Source of the DNA: Selaginella moellendorffii
Lineage: Eukaryota; Plantae; Lycopodiophyta
Direction of reading: 5' to 3'
Length of the DNA stretch: 64,000 bases
Assembly (NCBI RefSeq): GCF_000143415.4
Contig: NW_003314356.1
Coordinates: 1 to 64,000 of the forward strand
Shown: positions 13,500-26,073 of the stretch, one piece after another
Position numbering within the stretch: position 1 is the stretch's first letter
Layout: every line of letters starts with the position of its first letter
The notes under the pieces: generated by a model
Seen by the model: only the letters and a program-made list of their open reading frames with translations
What the model was told of the DNA's origin: nothing
Databases searched by the model: none
Program-made: the position numbers and the translations under genes

Positions 13500-16200
13500 A
13501 TAGCTTAGTTTTGACTGAAGCAAAGCCTTGAAGCCTTGGGTGGAATTTGGTGAATAATCTCCACACTGCCTCGCGCAGGGCCATAGTCTCCTGGACACTT
13601 CAAGCCTTTGGTGAGTTTACCTCTAATTCTGAAAAAAGAAAGTGGGGTCTTGAAGTATGAGATGCACCCAAGGCTAGAGGGTCCCATGGATACTTATGAG
13701 AAAGTTGATAAGATTGGAAGAATAAACTCTAGCACAGCATGGCTCAAAAACACTTCCGCTGCAAAGTTAAAGAAGGTGGCCTCAAGGGCTGTACAAGATG
13801 ACGACTGGACTCAGAAGCTTAGTTTAGCTTTATGCTTATATAGATAGAAAGTGTCATTGACTCAGCTAAGTTCATGATCAATGTCTATAACAGTATTGTG
13901 AGTGTGAGAGATCTGATGAACCCTGCTCATGAAGAATGACGGAAGTGATCTCTTCATTAGATTGAGAGCTTTGTAAGTGGCAGCCATGGTCTCCTCAGCC
14001 TTTTGAACGGCGTAGTCTTTCAGCTCCTGCATGCTCTCACCCTCCAGAGAATCAAAATGGACAACTGGGACAAGGGGTAGATTTCTAGACCATAAACATA
14101 CAAGGATCATGTAATCAGTTTTAAAACATTGCTTCCACATGTGATTGCTTCTGACTGTTCACTTTTGCAAGACTCAAAGTTTTTCACCAGGATCATTCCA
14201 AAGTACCAAAGTGAAGTAGTGCATTTCTAATATTTTGTATATTTAGTTCGTCATCATAAATTTAAAGAGCTTCCTAATCACTCACAATTCAATGAGTGGG
14301 ACACAATAAGATGAGAAATAGAGAAACTTGATCCATTTCCACAGTTCCACTGGAAGCTGGACAGTGCCAGAGAGTGTTTTCTTTTTCATCTTGAGCAAAG
14401 CTTCCAATCAGGCTTACAAGGCATACTTGACAAAATGTTTCACTTAATCTTTTAAAAAGCAATACAAACAAGAAGAAACAGGGCAAGAATGGAAAATTAG
14501 TTACTTGCTCCTACTTTGAGTTTGAAAATTGTAGGTGCTGCTGTTCCCATGACCTAAGCAGCAACTTTAAAACACAAGAGAACATAATATTTTTGTTCTT
14601 ACAGTAGCAATGTTTCTATTGCAGTTTGGGATCTGCTAAAGGAAATACCGAAATGGTCTGTTAGTCAGTGTCATTGAGCGCACAAACCAACCAAGAATTG
14701 TGATGAACATTAGATCTGTTGCTGTGTGAGCGCGGGAGGACACTTGAATTGGAGCACTCATTGCTTTCATATTCACAATTCTGGCACTGGTGCAGCGCTT
14801 TTGAGGATTTTCTGATCAGAGAATAAATCAAAAGCTGTAACTCAAGCTGGAATAGGACATTGGATTCAAAGACATACAATTTTCAGACAATTTTAGCTTT
14901 GAAGATATAGAATTGGCAATTGGATTTACCGGATCATGATCCATTGAAGTTTTTCACCTTATCTTCCGAAACAATTTAGATATTCACTTACATAGCTTGC
15001 CTTTCAATGTGACAAGAGGGAGGATTGACATGATTCCCAAGATCCAGGGAGCTTATTTCAATTGGAAGGGATTCAAAGGTGCCAAAGGTGCCCTACAAAA
15101 ATATGCATGATGAAATGATGAACACAAACCAGAGAGACACATACCTCACACATAAAGAAGCACTGAGTGTATGCATGAGCCCATCAAAGCTGCCTGGGAT
15201 AAGAAAGTGGATCAACAGCCCACCTTTGCAGAGATTGTCTGAAGACTACAAAAATCTGGTTGTTGCCCAGGTACTTTGTCTTTAAAATATGAGGTAGAGA
15301 GTCAAGACGTGGAATCATCTTAAAGCATATCTTAAATCATCGATGTGCTCTAGACTATCATTTTCTTTAGAGTTCCAAATTGCCTGGGGATGCAAAGAAA
15401 AGGTTAAGCAGCATATAAGATAATCGAGGGAATAGAAGGAATGGAAGTGGTTTACACAAAACGAGTGTTGCATTGGTCCCTGATGCTCGTTCTGGGGTAG
15501 TGCTCAAGTGGATGCTAGAAAATGCAGTCACTCTTTAGAAACATCACTTGCATCTGACAAATTGCATAAGTTGGGAGAGTACCTGTCTCGCAAGTTTTGA
15601 AGGAAACACTTGCATATGTGGTGACCAAGGAGGCCAGACAGCGAACTTCTCTCAGGAGCTTTCTAATGTCTACAGACATTAGAAAGTCCTATTGGCTTGC
15701 TGAAAACTCAAAAGAAACAACTTACAGGTGAAAGCAGAATTCGTTCTTGTAGAGAGCGCTAATGTTGATAAGTCTGTTGTGGAGAAAATTGAGAAGTACC
15801 AAAAGACAATGTTCGTTCTTGGAGAGTCCTGAACAAACCTTCTGAAAGTACACAAGCTTATTTCCTGCAATGTGACACACAATTTAGTACCTTTCATCAG
15901 GAGATTGAGGTTGAGAGTTTCAGACTACATTCAGAAACATGCTCCATGCTCCATATTACTGTACTGTGCAGTGCATATCGAAATTCTCGAAATTGGTGTT
16001 GTTCAGGAATGCTTCATCACCACACTCATCACCACCGCAGAAATTTGTTCACTCGTCCAAAATTCATCTCCTGCTCGTCTGAGTGTGAGCCTCAATTTGC
16101 TGCTCACGCTTCCAAAAAATATACAAAACCTAAAACTTGTGAAATGCAACACATACCCATTTTTTCACATGTGTCACTATCCCAACCATCCTTATTATAT
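13500..16200. pseudogene. Unidentified exon-like gene-fragment cargo
   Basis: Higher-GC coding-like segments with stop codons, lying downstream of the Helitron 5' end at 16250 (minus orientation). Family not recognised. Confidence 0.4.
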
Positions 16201-16250
16201 CTGAATTGAGATTGGAATATGTTGTCTTTGCTTTTTTAAATATACAAAGA

Positions 16251-19200
16251 CTAACAAAGACCCCAGCTCTACTGGGAGATATAGCATATCCAAGATAAAT
16301 AAATCTTCTTTTCTAATTTTACAATATTAGAAATCTTGATTGTATATAAAGTTAAATATATCTAAAATTTTCTACTATTCATCTCCAGAGAAATGCACAA
16401 TAATGCAAATAGATAATAATGCAAGTGTTGGGGAAGATAAGCTCATTTTATATCATCATTAAATTTGAACTTGATGTTTTTATTGCCTTTATAAAAAGGT
16501 GCACAACCCTTAACACATCCACAATATTTCTGCCATGCTTTAAAGAAATTGAGTTTATATAAGAATTATAGACTACCAAAAAATAATAGGTTAGTTTAGA
16601 GAAATTATAATTTTAATTGCATACTGAGTTAAATTTTTTTTACCTGAACTGTAATGATGCCTTTAACATTCATAATTTACTAAAGGATAATAGAATTTCT
16701 ATTATGTGTCTGGTTTTATATTTAAAAACATACATAATTAAATCTATCTAGCTTGCTACCACATTTATATTGAACCTCATAAGTTGGTAGTGGAGAATGG
16801 TTCTAGATATTTTGAGAAAATATAAATTCAGAAAATCAACAAATGCATAATAGTTTTTTGCAACACAGTAGATGGTAAGATTCTTTATATATTTTATATA
16901 TATGAAACTGAAAATATTATTTTATTTGAGAAAGCTGTTGAATTTAAACTTTTTGGGAGGTTATCTAACCCCATACTACTCGAACCTAAAGATGTTTAGC
17001 CTCCAAGTATCTTAATACCCTTAACCAATTAGAAAAAAATGTGCACTCTTGTTTTAAAACCCTTTCCCTTTATAATTGAATTTTTATATATCATTTTTGA
17101 GTTGTTCTTTTTTATTGCATATAATCCACCATATTCTTTTGCAAATTTACACCCTCATAAATGAAAGCTAATAACCATAGCTCTCCCAAGAGCTGTGCTC
17201 TTTTGCCATAGCAAGGATCCCAATGTATCTTGGTTGGCAAACTAGCTATTGTAAATGCATTAAAGGTTAATTTTTTCAAACATTTACTACCATCTATATT
17301 CATTGCATTGTGCATTTGTTATATCATTATGATTTATTAGTTGGTGGAACTTAAAGATGGTTTGGAATATTTATCATCTAGATATCATGTCATGTGAGAT
17401 AATATTAAGTAGTTTATTTCAAAGATAGACAATTATCAGATTGTGCATACATTCTATATACTTCATAGAGCAATTTTAAGTAATTTTAAAACCGTAGTGT
17501 GGAGTCAATTAAATATAAGTATGTAGTATCAAGTGTTTTTAATTTGCATTTCTCTGTTAATTGTGTTAAATTTTTTGCTTTAGTTATGTATGTATAAATG
17601 ATCTAAGCTTATATTTCTTGTTTACCTTTCTCCTTATATACTAAGAGTTTTTTTGTTCCTATATAATAAATAAACGACCTTCAGGGCTCCTCTATGCATA
17701 TGTAGAAACAATACTTGCAATGACAAATCATAGAAGATAAGGAAAGATAAAATAAAATATCAATGCCCATCCATTAAAAGATTAAAAAAATATTTTATGA
17801 AAATTTTACATAAGAGAAACTTTATAGATATTCTTAAACTAATATTCTCTTTTATCTTCTTTCAATTTTAGCTATATTTTTTAGTGAATATGACATTTTT
17901 AATGCAGCTCTAACAGACTTCATCAACTCAAATAGGTTCATTAGCAATTGATCACGAGTGTATAAGACCTTTTATACCAAGAGAAAGAAAATTAATTTTT
18001 TTTTAAATTTTAAATCTTATGAAGAACAAGAAAAGTTTAATAGAAAGAGAGTTTTAAATGCTATAGAGACTGGTAGTCTAATAATGGCCTTACTACTTGT
18101 AAGTAGCATGATTGCAACCTTGAGATAGCACTATGAGACCTTGTTTTCTAGGAGAACTAAATCTATGGAAAAAAAACTGGTTTATATTAATATGAAATGA
18201 AGATATCATTTACACTACATTAGAGGTGTTTGAAAAGAGGTAAATCCAAAGATAATAATGACATTAGAGATATAATGTTTGTATTAAGACAAACCTGTTC
18301 TAATGCTTTATGCTAAAACTATGCATTCATCTCTCATATATGACATGGTATCTAATATGGTAAACACATATAAATATCAAATCCATTTCTTAATAGTATC
18401 TCAAGAAATAGCAAACTCTTTTTTATTTTTGATTAGTATTTTTGTTCATAACCTTACTTAAATCAACCAGCAGCTTTACATGAGTTTAATCTTTTGTCTC
18501 AATATTGACAGAATAAATTAATTTTCTATAGTTAAAACATATAGTTCACATAAATCTTATAATCTTGCTCTAGATTTCATCTGAATTCGTATTATGTCAA
18601 TCCCTATCTAAATATAAGGAAAATACCTTGTTAGTTCAAAATGGTAAATTAAGTATTTGATAGAATAAAAGCTAATGGTTTCTAAATAGAGTAAAATTAA
18701 ATGTCACATTTGTGAGAAAAATAACTCTGCTGAGAAAGATAGATATAGTATCTTTACAAAATATTCATGAAGAAAATTTATAAAATAAAAAATATTAATA
18801 CACCTATAATACAAAACAGTTTTTACCAATACATCAAGAGTGTGTAAGACATCTTGTAACTAATTATATATAAGATAACTTCTATGAAATTTAAATGATG
18901 ATGAGAAAAAATACTTGAGAAAGAAAAACTTTGAATAAGGAGGAAATTTTATAGAAATAATAATTTAAAATATTCAAGACAGTGGTCTGAATTAACTTCT
19001 CATGAAAAAAGATATAGGTTAAAAAGTAGTAGAATAAATCCCAATTAAATGTCTAGATTGTTAGCAATAAATTTGAAAATCTTCATCAGGATTATAAGTA
19101 GGTCATATCATGCTAGAAGTTGAGATTATAACAGCTTATGGAAGCTATGACTTCAACAGCTTTAATAAAGATTGAAACTTGTAACAATTTTCTAGAACAT

Positions 19201-20100
19201 TATCTCTAGCCAATGGATTTTCAATCATATACAGATAAAGCTCAAGAAAGTTTCATTTAAATTATATAACTACTAAACAATTAAATTATTAAGAAAAGCA
19301 ATTACCTAAAGGAGAAAAAAACATAGATTATAATAACTAAAAATATAATTTTATAAACATAGATATAGAAAATACCAAACTAGATAATAACATAATTATA
19401 TTATGTATTTGATAATATATTTAAAATATTATTATTAATATATAAATATAAAAGTATAAAGTTTTTTTTTTATACTAATTCTTAAATGCTTTAAATCTTT
19501 CTTAGAAAATTTATTTAGTTTCCTAGATAATAGTAACTTATATATTAAAAATTAATATATGTATAAAAAAACTAAATTACTATAAAATAATATAAATGTA
19601 TAATTACTTTCTTTTGTGTTTCATTTTTTCAAAACATACTTAATTGTTTTAAGCTTTTGTGAACAATACTTCATTGATCTCTTGTATTATAAATTATATT
19701 CACCATTCATAAATTTTATAAAACATAAAAATTGAAATTATAAATTTAGATATCATATTTTTTTGGTTATGAATGAAATGATTATATTTCATAAATTTTC
19801 AATTATAATATAATTTATTATTGACATATAAGGCACATATATTAACTTATTTCTAAAAACTCTTTTCAAATTAATATTTACATCTGGGATTTATATTAAT
19901 TTTAAGATGGATCTTGAAGAAAATTATAATTTTGAAAGACTGAAAAATATATATTTACTTAGAAATATCCTCGGAATATAATCTTATTTTTTTATATATG
20001 TTTAAGTATTGTATGTTTTGTATATATATATCACCAAAATTTCTTGAAATATAAAAAAAATTTATTATAATGACATTTATGTATTAAAAAATATCAATCT
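16251..20100 (-). mobile_element. Diverged Helitron-like 3' end and AT-rich body
   Basis: CTAA (TTAG on minus) plus hairpin CCCAGCTCTACTGGG at 16251-16280. Blocks 16260-16800 and 18240-19300 are homologous to 4617-6400. Confidence 0.65.
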
Positions 20101-20119
20101 CTATTATATTTTCTTTCTA

Positions 20120-21732
20120 TCACTAGCCTTGCCAAAATCCCTCTTTGGCTTTGTCCAATTTAGGTAGACAAACTTCTTCTGTCTCCACATCCTTGGACAT
20201 TTAGATACCACCTCCTATCCTTCATTCGCTAGGGACTTTGTCCGTTGGGCATTATCCACTGCCCTCATGACACCAAATACCCCTTTCTGGTGTTTTAGAG
20301 TGTTTGGGTGTCCCAATGATGGCCTCTCTGACAATGAGCATTCCCTTTTCGACATTGACTTACCATATCACAACATAAGCAATTTATCTTTTATAAGGGC
20401 ATATCGAACTTCCTTATCCCAATAAGAAGTCTTAGATAGTTGCCTTCTACCAGTTTATGAATTATTTTGCACCTTTTGCTTAGTTGCCTCATAGTTGTCA
20501 AGCCTTACAACTCATTGCTGGTGCTTCCACACCTCCATCATTATCTAGGTCACCACACTCTAACCGCATGCATTCCAACTTAGGCTATGCTATTCCTATT
20601 TCCATTGGAATTCTTTTGGAAGGGGTTCTCATGAACCCACCAACTTGACCTCAAGGTAGCACGCCTTGGCACCTTCGGTGTCTCCACACCATCAGCTCCA
20701 CGAGCCTACCTTTATGACATTTCTTACTTGTGTCCAGGTATTTTTGCCAAGACCAATATGGTTGTCTCTTAGGCCAATTATCCATTAGCACTGCACCATA
20801 GAGTTCATGCACAACTTTGTGTCAAAGTTGTTTTCTTCCGGGAAACTCTTTCCCACGATTTTAGCATGGCACCTTCTGCCATCAATGAGATACATACTGC
20901 TGTCAACCTTGGATCTCAAAATCCTCCCCATCCTTCGTGGGGCACCACACACCTCAGTCCAAATGCTTTCCTCAAGCTCTTAGGATTATTCCTTGACTCT
21001 ATTGGAGTCATTCAATCTTTTGGACTTTGTTAATCCGACGACCTATGAGGTCCTACTTTTGAGGTGCTAATTCATTGGAATATAACTCCTTGTATTCATG
21101 TCCTACTCACAAGGACCATCTTTTGCAAGTGTTACTCCGACACTTGATTTGTTCTCTAGGGGCAACTTTTCGCATTTTAGGACCACTTGTCCATGTGATA
21201 AGAATACCAACTCATCCTCTAAATACACCCCCAACTCCTTGGGTTGTTCCAACATTTATTAGAGGTAGCTCCGGCTACCATTTCAAGGACTTGTGTCCTT
21301 TTCTGTATTTGACCTCCTGTGGTTATTATTTCTGATCTCAAATTCATGAGCACCAGCCTCAACTTCATGAGGGTAATCTTGTGACTCCTTTATCATTTTA
21401 GAGTCTCTATCTTCCCTGTGATCCCAACTATAGTTGTTTACCACAACTACATTAACCAGTTTGCTGAGTCAAACGCTCATCTGGATCACATCCTCAACTC
21501 AATGAGGAAAACCTTGCACTGTTCCCAAGATCCCAAAGTCGTTCCATCATTGGCCCTTTTCTATCCACCACCTTACCTACAAGTTCACACGTGAACTGTA
21601 GTGGAGAGCCATGTCTTCTCGACTTGCTACTCCTCAAGGAAAAGCCCACTCCTAGGACCTTCCAATGCCAACATTAGTGGTGATATACTTCAACACCAAT
21701 AAAAGTCGGACTAAGGAACAGCTCTGATACCA
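20120..21732 (-). mobile_element. Degenerate LTR retrotransposon internal region (gag remnant) with tRNA-iMet PBS
   Basis: PBS TGGTATCAGAGC on minus at 21721-21732, 3 nt from the LTR terminus at 21736. Decayed ORF with a zinc-knuckle-like remnant near 20350. Confidence 0.7.
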
Positions 21733-21735
21733 AGT

Positions 21736-23380
21736 TGTAAACGACTAATTTTTCCATTCTACTTTAGTCACTTAACCGCACCTCCGACCACTTGGAGGAG
21801 TCTCATTCACAACCTCCATAAGTCCCATTCAGAACTTGAGGCTTGCTAGCCCCGCGAATGGCATCCACACCACTCAACTTTTGCACTTGGTCCAAGTGCT
21901 CCACGTGTCCGATCCCATGACCGACACCCCAAGGTACCATTGACATACCAGCCCGTTACGCTAGGCCATGCCCATTCACCTTGGTCACATCGGTGGTCCA
22001 ACACCACCTGCATTACAATCCCGTCTCTCAAAGACTAGGCCACCCCTCCATGAGTGGCTATCCCAAATCCACTCCATAGCATCCTCAAGATGCCTGCAAA
22101 CATGGGGAATAGCCTTCCCCAATGTCTCCTTTCCGGTCCCCACCAAGTCTCTTCTTGTCCCTGGCCGTGTTCACCAACATTGCCACTGGATCAAGGCTCA
22201 CAGACCCGACCACTAAGTCTAACTGTCCTCTAGGACTTCCTCACTGTGTGACTGTGTCCCTTGTCACCACACTAGAGGGCTACTCCTCTTCCTTTCCACA
22301 GTCTGGGACTTTGGGGCAACATTTCAAAACACCGTGGCCCTACGCGGGCCTCGTGGGTACTCTCCTCGCCTTCTGCCTTTGGGTGCTTTAGCCATGGGCT
22401 TAGAGCGAGGTTTCGTTGAGCCATACCAGGTATCCAAGTAGGTAGTGCCACCCACACTTTGACTGGGAGCATCGGCCAGTCGATCTCCCAGGGGAACTAG
22501 AGCTGGCTCTTGAACACTTCACCAAGCTACCCTACTTGTCGGTCCGTGTTCACTCTAGTCTTGGACTTCCCAGTGGGCAGCTCATCACCCAACATTGGGT
22601 CCGGCTTTCCTGGGCCAAACTGGCCTTTCCTGGCCAAACTGGCTCCACTATAGTCCTCCCCCTTACTATACTTTTGGAGCTCACCAAACCCCCTAGGGTC
22701 TGGGAGACGAACGCTTTGGGCTTTCACCCTCTCAGACTCAAACTCGGACTCGGACTTGGACTCGGACTCAGACTCGGACTCGGACTTGGCCTCGGCCTCG
22801 GTCTCGGTCTCGGTCCCGGTCTCGGTCTCAGTCTCGGTCTCAGTCCCGGTCTCGGTCCCGGTCTTGGTCTCGACCTCGGACTCCATCTCGGGTCCTTCTC
22901 AGACTCCATCTCGGATTCCGTCTCAGGTCCATCTTGGACTCCATCTCGGACTCCGTCTCGGTCCATCTCGGACTCCATCTCGGACTCCAACTCGGGTCCA
23001 TCTTGGACTCCACCTCGAACTCCACCTCGGGTCCATCTCGGACTCCACCTCGGACTTCACCTCGGGTCCATCTAGGACTCCACCTCGGACTCCACCTCAG
23101 GTCCATCTCGGACTCCATCTTGGACTCCACCTCGGGTCCATCTTGGACTCCATCTCAGACACTTCCACGTGTCATGTATTGGTCCTTTTGGGTCCCTTTT
23201 TGGAACCTCGCTTATTGCTCGCCTCATGCTCATTCCTTGAGCACTCCGTTGGGAGTTCCACTCCCGCTCTCAACCTTTCAAGTCGGAGCCTTTTAATCCA
23301 AACGTGTTACGCTCATTTGGCTTTTGCTTCGGCTATTACCACATGGCACCCTTTCGGCTCCACTTTGGGGCTTAGGGATT
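21736..23380 (-). mobile_element. 5' LTR (truncated) of a minus-strand LTR element, related to the LTR at 49558
   Basis: Terminus TGTAAACGACTAATTTTTCC resembles TGTAAGCCACAAATTTTTCC at 49558. Both share the TACTATACTTTTGG...CTTTGGGCTTTCACCC block followed by a hexamer array. Confidence 0.7.
22735..23160. repeat. Tandem array of 6/12-bp units (CTCGGA/CTCGGT; CTCCATCTCGGA) inside the LTR
   Basis: Directly visible. Related arrays at 23765-23912, 24577-24745 and 50355-50610. Confidence 0.95.
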
Positions 23381-23382
23381 TG

Positions 23383-25517
23383 TGTCTCACACCGACTCCC
23401 TGCAAGGATGTCGAATCCATAGACGTATTCTACGGAGGTTGGGTTCGAGTCCCAACCCCCTAGTAAATGAAGGTTAGGTTCAAGTCCCTACCCCATACTA
23501 GGGCATGATGAGGTGAGGGGTATAGGGACACCTATATTCCATTGTCATGGGCTCTTGACCGAGGAGGCTAACTTAGGCACACCCTTAAGTGGGGGGATGC
23601 CCTTGGAGACATTGTCAACAAGTCGTAGGATTAAAAAGAAATGTTTGATGTGGGCATCAAACTTCTTTTATAGGTGGTGGAGTTGTAAGGAACCAACTCC
23701 CTCAGGTGTCGTAGGCTAAAGGATCCCTGAAAGGACGACCGAAATGATAAAGAGTTCATTGGATGGGACCAAGTCTAAGATCGAGTCCAAGACCGACTTT
23801 GAGACCAAGTTCAAGATAGAGTCCAGGATCGAGTCCGAGGCCGACTCTGAAACCGTGTTCGAGACCGAGTTCAAGACTAAGTTCAGGACAGAGTCTGAAA
23901 TCCAAGATCGGGTGTAGCGCACCTTATCTCTCTCCCCTTAAGCCAACTAGAAAAGGGGCAATTGCTTGATGAGAGAGCCCTTAGTGGCTATTTTATCCCC
24001 ATTTATCCCCTAAGGTTCCAAGGATCCACGGTGACAGTATATCTAAATCTCATCCCATGATCACATGCACTACACTCACCCCCCCCTTTAGAGATGTCAA
24101 TGTCCTCATTAACTATTGACTAACAACCTCTATTGAGCCAAGGGGAACCAGCACCTCCATTTCCGCACTCAATCTACCAATCCTTCCATTGTGTAGACCA
24201 ACTATTCCATGTGAGGCAACTAGTCATCCACCCGTACCGCAGTCCCAAAGTGGATACCTTCGTCCGTGGATATTCCACACAAGAGGAAGGATGTATGCAT
24301 GGATGTCCAATACGTACAATTTCAAATTTAGGGGTAGGAATATACCTTGCTCAAGGGTATATTATATTTTTAAGTAGCCACTAATCAATGGGAATCGAAC
24401 CCGTGCCATTTCTTCTGATACCAACTGTAGCGCACCTTATCTCTCTCCCCTTAAACCAACTGGAAAAGGGGCAATTGAGCCCTTAGTGACTATTTTATCC
24501 TCATTTATCCCCCAAGGTTCCAAGGATCCACGGTGACAGTATATCCAAATCTCATCCCATGATCACATGTGCTACATCGGGTCCGAGACTGAGTCAGAGG
24601 TCAAGTCTAAGATCGGGTCCGAGGTCAAGTCCGAGATCGAGTCCGAGACCAAGTCCGAGGTTGAGTTCGAGATGGAGTCCGAGGTTGGGTTCGAAATCGA
24701 GTCCGAGGTTGGGTTCGAGATCGAGTCCGAGACCGAATCCGAGTACTAATACAGGTCGAAGGGTGAAAGCCCAAAGCATGTGTCTCCTAGGAGGAGGGGG
24801 GGGCTGCAGAGGGTTCCAAAAGTATAGTAGGGATAGTGAGGTCCAGCAACCAGAACTCTTCAGTGGTGCTTTCAAACTGACTTGAGGTTGAGACTGGGGT
24901 TGAGGGGCTTTGGGTGGGAGTGAGCATGGACTTGGGTGGTGCTAAAGGGGCCACCCATGGAAGTGCTCAAAAGCAGCTCCCACTCCCGAAAGGGAAACCG
25001 ACTGCGGTGCTCTCGGCTCATGTGGAGTGGTGCCCCACTTGAGTACCTTGTGGCTCATTGGTCCTCACCCTTCTTAGGGGCTTGGGCCTCCCCTTCAGGA
25101 TAGAAGTTGGGGGGTAGAGGTACCCATACTATGCCGTTAGGCCACAGTGTTTCGCCCCAGTGTCCTGAAGCAAGTGTTGCACCCAAGGCTTGGGATTTAG
25201 AGGGTCCCATGATCAAGTCTTGTTGTAACAAGGGATGTTAGGAACTTGGAGGCTTGGTGTGCTTGGCTGCTTGTGCCTGCGGGTAGTGTAGCTAAACCTT
25301 AAGTCTAGTCTAACCTGGGGAGGGGGATTGGGAGAGATTTGGGAATCTGTGGATGGATGGCTAACGCTCCGTTGCTCATGCAGTGAGTAGCTGAAACCAA
25401 GTAGGACCAAGTTGGAGCTGGTACAATAAGTGGGAACATTGGCAAGGGAACTTAGCGGTGTTGGTCGGATAAACGAGGTAAGCTGGCAAATTGGAAATGA
25501 AAAATTTATGGCTTACA
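23383..25517 (+). mobile_element. LTR (inverted copy of the 49558-50990 LTR) interrupted by a TRIM
   Basis: Collinear reverse-complement similarity to 49558-50990 over ~1.4 kb. Ends ...GGCTTACA. No matching TSD seen. Confidence 0.85.
23913..24576 (-). mobile_element. Complete TRIM (terminal-repeat retrotransposon in miniature), 664 bp
   Basis: LTRs at 23913-24074 and 24426-24576 (TGTAG...CTACA). 5-bp TSD TCGGG at 23908-23912 and 24577-24581. PBS TGGTATCAGA on minus at 24414-24423. PPT (G-run GTGAG on minus) at 24075-24086. No coding capacity. Confidence 0.95.
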
Positions 25518-26073
25518 ACTCCCAAGCCTTTAGGATGAGGCGAGGGCTAATGAGCCACATGGTATTTAAGTGGGGCATCACTCCATTTAAGCTAGGAGTA
25601 TTGGTGTTAGTTTTCATTTCAAGAGTGGGAACTACTTTGCACATAAGACTTTTTTTGAGTTTGGTAACCCTAACACTTGGAAGTAATCTTCCATATCACA
25701 AAAATAATCTTCCACCACTTTATAATCATTCACTCTCTTAAAGACTAGTAGAGGCTTTAGTTTGTACTTAGGAATTGCTTTTGAAATGGACTTCACCTCA
25801 ATTTGCTCAACCTTATCTAGTTGTGCCTCAGTACTTGCTAAAGGGTCTATATCTTCTGCATTGCCAACATTTATAAACTTTTGTTTTTTATTTCTGGAGA
25901 AAGAGGAAAAATCAAGCTCGGAAGTTCAAGCTTAGGAACACAAACTTGAGAGGTTCAAGGTTAGGACTGTATTCCTAACCTTGACATGAGCAGCAGCAAC
26001 TATAAAAGTAGGACTTAGAATGTTTTTAGACTTATCCCTAATACAAAATACATTGCAATACATCGTCATTCTA

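Noticed and set aside
17900-19300. Helitron Rep/helicase coding remnant in the AT-rich body
   Set aside because: Looks like decayed coding DNA, but I could not recognise HUH or PIF1 motifs. A tBLASTn search would be needed.
24385-24410. tRNA gene suggested by GGTTCGATTCC
   Set aside because: No cloverleaf evident; lies within the TRIM internal region.
22527-24885. Repetitive ORFs (ETETE, GLGLG, SPRW)
   Set aside because: By-products of stop-free hexamer arrays inside LTRs; open in most frames.
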